Shown: positions 32,825 through 43,159, numbered from the stretch's first letter. The stretch is 64,000 nucleotides of DNA from Caecitellus pseudoparvulus (GCA_965644315.1 CBFFRQ010000045.1:1-64000); one strand, 5' to 3'. Numbers and translations: made by a program. The notes: generated by a model not told the origin, from the letters alone.

Positions 32825-33982
32825 ATGGCTGATGGCAGCGACAGTGAGTCAGTGGTGGGGCGATGGAAGGCTGCATGTGAATCTGAGCAGGCAGATGTAC
32901 TGCTGGATTTATTGGAAGAGTGTGGTGGTGGCCCCCGGCAGGGAGGATTGACAAGCGACGAGACAACGGCTGGCTTTATCGTTGCTTGCCGGCTCGGGCA
33001 CCTTGAATTGCTTGACAAGATGCTGGCATTGGAGGGGGGCGTCGCTGTGGATGTACACGCAGAAGTTGAGGGTGAGGCTGAGGCTGAGGCAAGCTTTCTC
33101 GTTGCCTGTGCGAACGGGCACTTGGGCGTGGTGCGAAAGCTCTTGTCGCTGACAGGTGCTCGCGAGGTGAATGTTCATGTGGGAGTTGAGGGTAGCCCTG
33201 AGCTTGGGTTCATTGTTGCCTGTTTCAATGGTCACATTGATGTGGTGCGCGAGCTGCTTGAATTGAAGGGACATCGTGAGGTGGATGTGCATGCAGTTGA
33301 TGGCGATGGGCCTGAGGCCGGCTTCCGACTTGCCTGTACGTATGGGCACCTGAATGTGGTGCGCGAGCTGCTTGAATTGAAGGGACATCGTGAGGTGGAT
33401 GTGCATGCAGTTGATGGCGATGGGCCTGAGGCCGGCTTCCGACTTGCCTGTACGTATGGGCACCTGAATGTGGTGCGCGAGCTGCTTGAATTGAGGGGGC
33501 ACCGTGAAGTGGACGTGCATGCTGGGCCAGAGGGCAATCCTGAGGCTGGCTTCCGACTTGCCTGTCGCATTGGACATATAGAAATTGTGCGTGAGCTTCT
33601 GGCGTTGACCGGACATCGTGAGGTGGATGTGCATGCGGGGGACGTTGATGGGCCTGAGGCTGGCTTCCGACTTGCCTGTTGGAATGGGCATGTGGAAATT
33701 GTGCGGGAGTTGCTGGCGCTGAGCGGGCTTCGTGAAGTGGATGTTCATGCTGGAGATCGACGTGGATCCGAGGCTGGCTTTCGCCTTGCGTGCAAGGAGG
33801 GACACTTTTGTGTGCTGCGAGAGCTGTTGGGACTCACTGGCCATCGAGCGATCCCTCTGCAAACTCGACTTGCCGCTGGAAAGGCAGCTGTGCAGCAGGG
33901 CAAAGATGCCGTGTGGGCTGGCACCAGCACTCGGCAAGGCCGCACGGCCGTGCTACTGCTGCGGGCTTCAGTTGGAGCATAG
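32825..33982 (+). CDS. Variable ankyrin-like module protein A (385 aa; N-cap + 6 modules + terminal module/C-cap)
   Basis: 38-aa repeats EAGFRLACxxGHxxVVRELLxLxGxREVDVHAxxxxxP; intronless. Confidence 0.9.
   Translation: MADGSDSESVVGRWKAACESEQADVLLDLLEECGGGPRQGGLTSDETTAGFIVACRLGHLELLDKMLALEGGVAVDVHAEVEGEAEAEASFLVACANGHLGVVRKLLSLTGAREVNVHVGVEGSPELGFIVACFNGHIDVVRELLELKGHREVDVHAVDGDGPEAGFRLACTYGHLNVVRELLELKGHREVDVHAVDGDGPEAGFRLACTYGHLNVVRELLELRGHREVDVHAGPEGNPEAGFRLACRIGHIEIVRELLALTGHREVDVHAGDVDGPEAGFRLACWNGHVEIVRELLALSGLREVDVHAGDRRGSEAGFRLACKEGHFCVLRELLGLTGHRAIPLQTRLAAGKAAVQQGKDAVWAGTSTRQGRTAVLLLRASVGA
33240..33494 (+). repeat. Perfect 114-bp tandem duplication of one module (about 2.2 copies)
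   Basis: 33241-33354 is identical to 33355-33468. Confidence 0.92.
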
Positions 33983-34669
33983 GCACATCTCTGGCTTCGG
34001 GCTGACTTGGTGTGGGTTCCTCCAGCAGGCAAGGCTACACACTCTGAGTGGGTGGCAGTGCAGGTTTGCGACGCATGCCGCACCGTGAAAGCGGCCACCA
34101 CGATGGCCAGGTTAGGGTTGACCACAGTGCACGAGCCAGACAGTGCACCTGAGCCTTGCGGATTGAGAAGCTACGGCTTGAGCGCAACCCTGGGAAGAAG
34201 GACGTCTGCACCGACACCGTACCAAGGCCGTGGCGTGGTGGCGGGTGTGGTGACAGGCCAGGCGGGCCTCTTGATCATCCACATGACTTCCATGTAGCAG
34301 CTGGCGGACAGTGTATAGCAAGACCTGGGCGGCAGTAGTGCGGCGGCTGTGGACAGTGTGCTTGGTGGGCGTGGTGGACGTTGTGGAGGTGTCAAGCGAG
34401 TGGGGAGTTAGGACGAGGTCGGTCCGGCACGCTTTGGAAGCGCAGTGGTGGAGTTCGTTTGCACGAGCAGAGGTGTGAGCCAGGCAGCAATGCAGACCAG
34501 GTAAGTGGAGCATTACCAAGGCTGCGTCAAAAGCAGCGAGCGACTAAAAAACATGCGTTGGAGATCAGAGTGTCGATCCTCCGATGACACTGTGCTGTGC
34601 CGCCCGTGCTGCTGTGCAGGCGAGGGTGTTGGCGTGAGCGGGAAGTGCGGAAACTGAATTCCCCACGCC

Positions 34670-35641
34670 ATGGCTGATGGCAGCGACAGTCAGTCAGTGT
34701 TGGTGCAATGGAAGGCTGCATGCGACGGTGAACAAGCTGATGTGCTGTTAAGCGTGCTGCAGGAGTGTGGTGGTGGTGCTGATGCGGGTCTGGAAGGACT
34801 GTCAAGGGAAGATACGACCGCTGGCTTCATGGTTGCTTGTAAAACGGGACACATTGGACTGCTGCGTGAGCTGCTGGCGCTGGCAGGGGATCTTGCAGTG
34901 GATGTGCACGAGGGTCCGGAGGACTGTCCTGAGGCAGGGTTTCGGTTCGCTTGCCAGAATGGACACGTGGATGTGGTGCGCGAGCTGTTGTCATTGACGG
35001 GTGATCGAGCCGTGGATGTGCACGCAGGGCTTGGGGGCGATCCTGAGTATGGCTTCCGACTTGCCTGTGTGAATGGACATGTGGACGTGGTGCGCGAGCT
35101 GCTCAAGCTGGGCGATGAACGGGAAGTGGACGTGCATGCTCCCTTCTGGGGCGAACCTGAGGCTGGCTTCCTCGGTGCCTGCGAGAAGGGGCACGTGGAT
35201 GTTCTGCGAGAGCTGCTGGCGTTGAGCGGGCATCGAGAAGTTAATGTGCATGTAGGGTCTGGTGGCACGCCAGAGGCTGGCTTCCTGGCTGCCTGTCAGT
35301 TTGGACACACTGATGTGGTTCGAGAGCTGTTGGCCCTGAGCGGGCACCGTGAAGTAGACGTCCACGTACAAGACTGGGGCGTTCCAGAAATTTGCTTTCG
35401 ACGAGCCTTTCAGAATGGGCATGCAGGTGTGCTGCGTGAGCTGCTGGGCCTCACTGGCCATCGAGCCACCCCCATGCAGACACGCCTTGAGGTAGGGGAA
35501 GCAGTTGTGCAACCTGCCAAGGATGCTGTGTGGCACGGCACCAGCACAAGACAAGGCAGACGCACGATGCTGCTGCTGCGGACTTCTCGAACGGCCAAGC
35601 TGCTCGGTCTGCTTTCTGTGCACTCCTCGGGCCGCCAATAG
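34670..35641 (+). CDS. Variable ankyrin-like module protein B (323 aa; 4 modules + terminal module)
   Basis: Same MADGS N-cap, 38-aa modules and KDAVWHGTSTRQGR C-cap. Confidence 0.9.
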   Translation: MADGSDSQSVLVQWKAACDGEQADVLLSVLQECGGGADAGLEGLSREDTTAGFMVACKTGHIGLLRELLALAGDLAVDVHEGPEDCPEAGFRFACQNGHVDVVRELLSLTGDRAVDVHAGLGGDPEYGFRLACVNGHVDVVRELLKLGDEREVDVHAPFWGEPEAGFLGACEKGHVDVLRELLALSGHREVNVHVGSGGTPEAGFLAACQFGHTDVVRELLALSGHREVDVHVQDWGVPEICFRRAFQNGHAGVLRELLGLTGHRATPMQTRLEVGEAVVQPAKDAVWHGTSTRQGRRTMLLLRTSRTAKLLGLLSVHSSGRQ

Positions 35642-35666
35642 CACTGGATCCCGCAATACACAGCTG

Positions 35667-38265
35667 ATTTCTCAATGCAAGGGCTACCATGGGAGCCATT
35701 GGTGTCCAGGGTATCCGACGTATTATTGCCTCCTCCATGTAGGAAGGTCCATGAATTAGGGTGTGCTTCTTCACCCATGGCCGGATGGGGATTCTCAAAC
35801 CACTCTTCGTGGGAATGCAGTGTAGTTCAGGCTCCGCACCCCTGCGATATGTTCACGTTGGCCAAGACGCTTGTGGCCTTTGCTTGAGTCGGTGGCAATG
35901 AGACAAGAAGTACATACTCTCCGTGCATTGTGGTGAGAGTTGAAAGGCGCTCAAGTTCAATCGACGAACTTGCTCGAGCTTGACTCTGACCCAACTTGCA
36001 TGAAAAGTGGGGGCCAGTAGAAAGAGAAGCTTCGATCAATTGAAACAAGTGAAGAAGAAGCAAAAAGAAGGAAAGGCGACGAAAACGCAGCTGCATGCTC
36101 CCCAATGAAACGTATTCCGTCCGTCTTGAAATATGGCCCTTGTACAAAGGCGCCACAAGGGATGAAAGTTGATGATTGTGTCGAGACAAATGTGGGCTTC
36201 ATGCCAAGAGGAGGAAACCCTTGCATGGAAACGCACTGCAAAAGTGGTGTTGCTTGGACGCGCTGCAGAGGACATACGTCGCGCAAAGTCTCGAAAATCT
36301 GTGCACGGCATGGATCCAAAAATTGTTGCTCACAATGACAGCTGAAAGTATTCCACAGTCCAGCACAGGCTTCAAAGAAGCACCATTCAAGTTCATGCAT
36401 GGCATGATCTTGACATATCGATAAAGTTCTGGTTCAACAAAAGAGGACTGCAAGGTAATTATCCGTGTCTCGAATTTCTCTCATCAAAGCTGTTCCGCAT
36501 GAAAGCCCATTGAGCTACAACATTGCCATGCGCAACTCATCAACAAGAATACAGATGCGACCTCTCGACACAAATGAACGACTCCAATAGACATTTATCT
36601 TGAATGTATGTTCAGGGCAGATCTTCCAAGCAAACTCTGATGAGGCCTTACTCGATTGGTCTTCAAAGTGAGTGTAAGCAGCAATTTCCTTCACCACATT
36701 TTCCCTCTGAAATGACGAGAATCCGCTTGCAGAAGTCATTCTTGTCGTTCCATTCTCCTTCATCCGCAATGCGTACCAGCATAAGTTCTCGTTTATTTAA
36801 ACACTTCAAGCGGTCGTGCTTGATGGAGTGAGATGAAATGTTCATGCGGCACAGTGTAGAACAAAGGAAGAACTGCATCACATTGCAGCAACGCACAAAA
36901 CGTGACTGCTCATGTGCTACCCCACAGCCATCCATAAAGCCTCTTCTGAATCGGATGTGCAAGGAAGAGTGATTTCTTTCACGCAAAGACTTCCTTCCTC
37001 ATTTTCAGAGAATCTGGCTCATGAGAACTCAAGGATCTTCTGCCTCAAGCACCACAAGAATAACTCCATACTTTCATTCCTCAAGCAAGCTGCCTTGCGT
37101 TCCTCTCAGTGTTGCATCTCTATTTACATGAAGAGGTTCCCACATGATTATGCGGGGGAAGGAATTGTCATCGTTTCGGCTCTGGTGCAAAAGTGGCAGG
37201 TGATGGATGGTTTGTACTTCAAAACGTAGTGTAGATTTTTGATCGGTTTTGAGACGAGATTTGTTTCTGCCCATCTTTGCTTGAGAACGAGTCCGAATTC
37301 TTTGCAGCAGGTGCCCAACAAACTGAAGCACTGTCAGGCAGATGTGGACGCTGCTGGCTGCTCGTAGTCAAGTGATGCCGACTTCTTTGATGAAACTTGT
37401 TATCTCTTCGTGTCATCTTCGCAGTCAACGCTCAAAGGTGAACTGGACCGGTTAGGACTATGCGCCGAGTTTCCACTGTTTGACCATTTCCTTGAATTTC
37501 TGTACAAGCTCAAACATAAACGCAAAATCTGCATTGTAATTTCTGAGCAAGCGTTGAAGACAATGGTTTGTTCATCGAGGCATGCACCGTGTTCTTTCAA
37601 GGAGAGGAGTGAGTGTTTTCGCCATCTGATTCCACCATCACAGTATTTGCGCGTTCGATTTCTCATGCACTGGATGGTATCTCGAATGACTTTGCTTTCA
37701 CTTCCGAGGCATAAGATACTGCAGTTGGTTTTATGTCATCAGATCGTGTGACTTGGGTTCTTGTACAAGACTCAGACTTCATACTTGCATTTGAGTCATT
37801 CTGCTTGGGAGAAGACTTGAGGTGTCGAGCGGGTAATGTGATGCAAAGGAGTCAATTAGGCCGTGCCCTTTGCTCTTACATTGCGCAGATCGCGTTTGTA
37901 AAGTTCTGTTAGAAAAGTGCCGTTTTCCTGGGACTTGCAGCCCATGGTTTTCTACGAGCGAGGTTTGCCCGAGGTGCATTCTGGGTGATTGTTGAGCGCA
38001 AAGCGGGCCAAAAGCTTTCCTCACGCCAAGGTCCTGTATTGGCAGAATTGCCACCCTCTTTCGCAGAGGCCACGAGTCCAACTTACCAGTTGAAGACCCA
38101 GCTCAGGCGTGAAGCCATAGCAACAGTGCATTTCTGCAAGAAGGGTCACGCATAGCCGAACTCTGCAAGAGGTGGGGAGAACGGCCTCTCTGGTGAACCC
38201 GCCTTTCCAGTAGAATCAACACTTTGAACGTCATGAGAGAACACACTTGCCCAGTTGTTGGTACC
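35667..38265. other. Low-GC island without an intact ORF, possibly a decayed gene or element
   Basis: Three 60-nt lines counted by hand gave 40-47% GC, well below the flanks. One + frame (36912-37751) reads protein-like through two TAG stops. Confidence 0.5.
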
Positions 38266-39341
38266 ACAGCTGTGTTGCAGGAGGCCAGTGCTTGCGGCAA
38301 CTCCAGGAGTGGACAGGACGTATCCCGGGTGTCTAGGCTGGTCGAGCACCCCATAGCAGCAGCATGGCCTTGCGACCCTGTCGAGTGCCTGTGCCGTGCC
38401 AGACGGCATCTCTGGCTGCCTGCACAGCAACCCCTCCGGCCTCAAGGCGTGCCTGCAGCGGAATGGCTCGATGACCAGTTAGGCCCAGCAGCTCACGCAC
38501 AACATCCAAGTGCCCGTTGCGGCAGGCAAGCCAGAAACCAGCCTCAGGCATGCCCTGGTATGCAGCATGTACGTCAACCTCACGATGCCCGCTCAGCGCC
38601 AAAAGGTCAAGCACAACTGCAACATGACCAAACTGACACGCAAGTCTGAACCCGTGCTCTTGATCTCCCCTACTTGCCGCATGCACGTCAACCTCACGAG
38701 CACCAGTCAAAGCCAGCAGTTCGCGCACGACATCTGCATGCCCTGCCTTGCATGCGAGCCGGAAGCCAGCCTCTGGCTCACCATCGGACCCGGCATGTAC
38801 ATCCACGGCTCGATCACCCGTCAGAGCCAGAAGCTCGCGCACCACACCCAGATGGCCATTCTCACAGGCGAGCTGAAAACCAGCCTCAGAGTCGCTCTCG
38901 AATCCAGCATGCACATCCACGGCTCGATCACCCGTCAGAGCCAGAAGCTCACGCACCACCTCCAGATGGCCACTCTCGCATGCGGCCTGGAAGCCGTACA
39001 CGGGCTCACCCTCAACCCCAACACACACGTCTACCTCACGATCGCCAGTCAAGGCCAGCAGCTCGCGCAGCACACCCACATGCCCATTCTCACAGGCAAG
39101 CTGAAAACCAGCCTCTGGCATGCCCCCACGCGCAGCATGCACATCCACAGCTCGGGCGCCTTTCAGATTCAACAGATCTCGCACCACACCCACATGACCA
39201 TTTGCACAGGCAAGTCGGAAGCCAGCCCCAGGCCCATCCTGATCTCCAGTGTGCGCATCCACCGTCAGCTCCCCCTCCAACGCCAACAGCGCACGTAGCA
39301 GCCCAACATGCCCCGTCTTGCACGCGACCACAAAGCCAGCC

Positions 39342-39508
39342 GTTCTGCTGGACGCTCGAGCGGGTGGTGTGGTGTTTTGAATGCATTGTTGCCAATGCAT
39401 CCTTGCCGGACCGCCCGACACCACGGTGACCCCGCGCTCGGCACCGGCGTGCCGCAGTCGGCGGGGTCCCGTACCCGGTGGCCCCAGGGTGTCAAGGCGT
39501 CCATCCCA
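39342..39508 (-). repeat. Split direct repeat B2 (167 bp, including the GTT core)
   Basis: Matches 39693-39859. Confidence 0.95.
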
Positions 39509-39526
39509 AGGAGGGAAGAAGGAAAA

Positions 39527-39695
39527 AAAAGAAAAAGGAAGCGGGCGAAGTCAGGGAGGAAGGTTAGAGGGGGCATCGACGTGAGGGTCTGAGGATGGGA
39601 GGCGAGGTGAAGAGTGCGCCCCAGGCGACACTGCCCCGCCTCCCTCCCTGCAGAACCCCCGCTTGCCACCCCCTGCGGGGGAGGCAACAGCAGTT
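39527..39695 (-). repeat. Split direct repeat A2 (169 bp)
   Basis: Matches 45151-45319. Confidence 0.95.
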
Positions 39696-39859
39696 CTGCT
39701 GGACGCTCGAGCGGGTGGTGTGGTGTTTTGAATGCATTGTTGCCAATGCATCCTTGCCGGACCGCCCGACACCACGGTGACCCCGCGCTCGGCACCGGCG
39801 TGCCGCAGTCGGCGGGGTCCCGTACCCGGTGGCCCCAGGGTGTCAAGGCGTCCATCCCA
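39693..39859 (-). repeat. Split direct repeat B1 (167 bp)
   Basis: Matches 39342-39508; shares GTT 39693-39695 with A2. Confidence 0.95.
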
Positions 39860-41054
39860 CATCATTCACCCTTGCACCCAGCCCCCCTCGGGGGGGCCAC
39901 TGGCCGTGGTTGGCCATCGGTCGGCGCAGGGGAGGGCGATCTTCGCCTCTCCTCTCCTTGGCCGTGCGGTGCCGGACGAAGGGGTGGGGCTCAGGGACCC
40001 GGTCCTCTGAGTACCCCTCCCCCTGTGTTATGCCCCTCGCCCGCGAAGCAGCCTCGCTGCGGCCCGGATCTTGAGTAGGCAGCCTGTTGCCCAGCATGGC
40101 GTCCCGAAGCAGACTGTGTCCTACCCCGGACCGACCCCAGTAGCAGAGGCTAGGAACGTTCGAGGTCGGGGCCCACCCTCCCTGTTGGTGGATGGCCGCC
40201 GCTGGGAGCCCTTGCTGGACCCAGAACCTGTGGCCGCCTGGCCGCAGGCCTCCGAGGCCGACTCCGGTGTGCATCTTCAGCGCTGCGGTTATGTCCGCCC
40301 CGTCCTGGGACGATAGCACCCGACCTTTTCCTCGGGTTGCCTCTGCCCTGAGGTGGTCGAACGCGCGCGCCCACTCTGGGGACCTGGGGACGGACCATTG
40401 CCTGTCCCGGTGGTGATGTGTCTTGTCCCCATGCCTGCCCGTCACCACCCATACGCCGTCACGTCTTGTAAAGGTGAGGTCGGCCCATTCCAGGTGCAGC
40501 AGCTCGCCAGCGCGCATCATGGCCCAGAACCCAATCAGCAGGCAGGCTTGTAGCTTTGGGCGTCCGCCCAGAGCGTCCACCGTTTTACGAAGCTTGCTCA
40601 TAGGCACGTGTTCACGGTGCTGCACAGGCGGGCTCGGTTTCATCCGGGCCAGCGCCTTCGTAAGCTTGGTGAGCGTCATGCCCACTCTGCTCAGGTTCTC
40701 GACTGGGATGCACCATGAGTTCGCGGCGGCCAGCAGGGCCTTGAGCTTGCCGCCGGCCGACCGTGACGAGCAGGCTCCCGTCGTCACTTGGTGTCGGGCC
40801 CACTCGATAACCTTGCTCGCCCGCAACGGGCCCGGCGCCCTCGGTCCTCTATGTTCCCCGCGTGTACAGAAGCGCAGGAAGGACGCTAGGAGCCTGGCGT
40901 ACTTCTGTTGCGTCCGTGGTGCTAAGCTGTGCCGAATACAGCTTCCGACGCCATTTAGCGGGATGGCCCGAACGAGCCGCGCTAGTTGCTCTTCCTTGAC
41001 GACGATCCACCCTGCGTGAGGAGGAGGGCTGCCTGTTCGGCTGTCGTGACGCAG
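39843..41054 (-). CDS. Tyrosine recombinase of the retroelement (open frame with no upstream AUG)
   Basis: SLAPRTQQKY..F.RFC N-terminal domain, GFWAMMRAGELLHL, DKT, GGLRPGG, QGGW...LCY; the frame is open from 41054. Confidence 0.88.
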   Translation of the reverse strand: MRHDSRTGSPPPHAGWIVVKEEQLARLVRAIPLNGVGSCIRHSLAPRTQQKYARLLASFLRFCTRGEHRGPRAPGPLRASKVIEWARHQVTTGACSSRSAGGKLKALLAAANSWCIPVENLSRVGMTLTKLTKALARMKPSPPVQHREHVPMSKLRKTVDALGGRPKLQACLLIGFWAMMRAGELLHLEWADLTFTRRDGVWVVTGRHGDKTHHHRDRQWSVPRSPEWARAFDHLRAEATRGKGRVLSSQDGADITAALKMHTGVGLGGLRPGGHRFWVQQGLPAAAIHQQGGWAPTSNVPSLCYWGRSGVGHSLLRDAMLGNRLPTQDPGRSEAASRARGITQGEGYSEDRVPEPHPFVRHRTAKERRGEDRPPLRRPMANHGQWPPRGGLGARVNDVGWTP

Positions 41055-43159
41055 TCAACGAGGTCGCCTGGGCCGCTCGCGCGCGCGTCTGGGTTAAGGA
41101 CGACCCACTCAGTGGTTTGGTCGGTCGGCGATGTCTCTGCTTCCAGATTCAGGTCTACCATAGCGGCGGGAGGGGATCCCAGCCCGGAGGGATCCACGGT
41201 CTCCGGGTGAGAGAGGCGGTCCGCCTGCCAATTCAACCACCGCCTCTCCCACCGAGCGACGAGGCGAATCCGCAGGCGCCTCTGCGCTAGGGCGAGGCAA
41301 CGACAAAACTCAGTCATCGTTTCCGAACGGAGACTATAGCCGCGCTGGTGGATGGCCGCCGCGGCCCGTGAATCCACCACTGACTCCAGAAGAACCGGTG
41401 TACCGGGGCGCAGGCGATCCCGCACCATGCCGGCCGCCACGACCTGCCAGAACAGAGCCGCTACCTCCCAGGTCGTGGAGAGGCCGGAGGTACGCAGCGT
41501 TCCCGGAGCGGAGCCGGCGACGCGCCGCGTCCAGGCCCAAGCCGTGGCCCTGGTGCCACCGGCCGAGCGGTGCACGGTAAGAAACCCTCCCATGCCCCCG
41601 TCGCCTGCCGCGTCTGTCGCTCCGAACAGGGTAAGGCGGGAGTCGGTCGCGATAGGGACGGCGTCCCGAAGCAGGCGCGGGGCGTGGGGGAACTGCAGTT
41701 GTTGTGCGAACCATTCGAGGGCCGCCAGGGCCGAGCGGGGGATGTTCAGGGGTCGTGACCAGCTCGTAAAGCGAAAGGCCGGCTCCCCCATAGCACGGTA
41801 GAGGGGGGCGAGCCGCGCCCGACCCTCTGTCATCAGTTCCGCGGGGCGACGAAGCTGCGAGGTGAGGGCTGCGAAAGCGCGCTTCCGGAGCCCCCGAGTG
41901 TCGCTGTGCAGGCGCTCGACCACCAGCTCCAGTGCCACTGCGAGGAAGACTCGCTTGTGTTCCGGGAACCGGACCGCGACCCCCGCGGGCTGCGCCGAGA
42001 GGTGAAAGCCCAAGTAGTCAACCTCAGACGCCGGCCCCTGTAGCTTGGGCGCGCTTAGCCCCAGCCCCAGCAGGTGGAAACAATCCTTTACACCCTGCAG
42101 CACCTCGGCAGCCCGGTCTCGTGGGCTCGCCACCAGCAGGTCATCCATGTAGACCATGACCGCCGCCGAAGGGAAACGGGCCCGCAGAGTCTGTGCCAGC
42201 AGACCGGAGACCAAGCAGAAGACGAAGGGAGCCGCGGCCCACCCGAACGGGACGCGGCGCAACTCAAGAGGAGAAGTCCCGTCCCCGACCATGGTAAAGC
42301 GCCAGGCCGCGCGGGGGGCCACTGGGATGGTGGTGAACCCGTCCTTCACGTCTGCCACGATAAGCTGTTTGCCGCCCCCGACGCTGCACAACCACTCGGC
42401 CAGCGTCGGGTACACAAAGGGGATGCTGGCGGTGACGGCATTGACCGCAGCCAGGTCGAACACGACCCGGTCCTTCCGGGCGCATAGCGAGGAGGGCGGC
42501 TGAGCAGACTTGGCCCCGGTGACGAAGTCGACTGCCTCGCGGGGACACGACTCAGCCCAACGCCTCAGGCGGTCGGGGCAGTCGGGCTCCGGGTTGAGGG
42601 ACCACTTGGAGACCACGAACGCGGAAGCTACTGGAACCCCTTGGCGTCTCCTGGCGCGCATGTCCGCCGCGTCGAGAGGGACCGCCACCTCATCGCGCAA
42701 CAACTGGGCGAAGCGATCCGCCAACGCCCGACGCTCCCGAGCCAGCACGCTGTAGGGCCTCTCCACTGAAAGCCGCCGGGGGGGGGGTGCTACCATGAGG
42801 TCTCCGGGATCCACGCCCTCCGTGGACACCCAGACGATGACCCGGGCGGCCGGGCATCGCTGCAGCTGGGCTGCTACCCGGGAATCCCGCCCGCACACAG
42901 GGCACAACGTGCAGTGCGCCTGCCAGCACCCGACCGGGTCCAGAAGGCCGACCCGCCGTGGACGCGCTGCTGCCGCCAGCAGCTGTTCGAAAAGCCGCTG
43001 CGGGCGGAGCGAGGTCCCCCGTCCACAGGCCCGTATGACAGCCTCTAAGACGAAGGCCATCGCCAGGTGGTTGTCTGCCCGGGGGGCTGCGCTCTTCCAG
43101 AGATCGGGAGGGGTCTCCGGCACTGGCCAGCGGCAACGAACCCCCCGGGCGGCGAGTTC
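40982..43159 (-). CDS. Reverse transcriptase/RNase H (DIRS/Ngaro-type)
   Basis: RVVFDL, ADVKDGFTTIPV, VPFGWAAAP, YMDDLL, YLGF; RNase H ATDAAG, WEVAAL, VDS, NWQADRLSH. The frame begins immediately after the gag TAG. Confidence 0.93.
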   Translation of the reverse strand, partial: ELAARGVRCRWPVPETPPDLWKSAAPRADNHLAMAFVLEAVIRACGRGTSLRPQRLFEQLLAAAARPRRVGLLDPVGCWQAHCTLCPVCGRDSRVAAQLQRCPAARVIVWVSTEGVDPGDLMVAPPPRRLSVERPYSVLARERRALADRFAQLLRDEVAVPLDAADMRARRRQGVPVASAFVVSKWSLNPEPDCPDRLRRWAESCPREAVDFVTGAKSAQPPSSLCARKDRVVFDLAAVNAVTASIPFVYPTLAEWLCSVGGGKQLIVADVKDGFTTIPVAPRAAWRFTMVGDGTSPLELRRVPFGWAAAPFVFCLVSGLLAQTLRARFPSAAVMVYMDDLLVASPRDRAAEVLQGVKDCFHLLGLGLSAPKLQGPASEVDYLGFHLSAQPAGVAVRFPEHKRVFLAVALELVVERLHSDTRGLRKRAFAALTSQLRRPAELMTEGRARLAPLYRAMGEPAFRFTSWSRPLNIPRSALAALEWFAQQLQFPHAPRLLRDAVPIATDSRLTLFGATDAAGDGGMGGFLTVHRSAGGTRATAWAWTRRVAGSAPGTLRTSGLSTTWEVAALFWQVVAAGMVRDRLRPGTPVLLESVVDSRAAAAIHQRGYSLRSETMTEFCRCLALAQRRLRIRLVARWERRWLNWQADRLSHPETVDPSGLGSPPAAMVDLNLEAETSPTDQTTEWVVLNPDARASGPGDLVDCVTTAEQAALLLTQGGSSSRKSN

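Noticed and set aside
35400-36600. Alternative genetic code (TGA read as sense) in the island, from consecutive in-frame - strand ORFs separated by TGA
   Set aside because: The same frame has tandem TGA TGA and a TAA upstream, and the product is not recognisable.
39342-39344. GTT as a classical target-site duplication
   Set aside because: GTT is also present at the element's internal circle junction, so it is better explained as a shared recombination core.
39585-39630. Hammerhead ribozyme suggested by CTGAGGA in repeat A
   Set aside because: It is antisense to the element, and no GAAA core or supporting stems were found.
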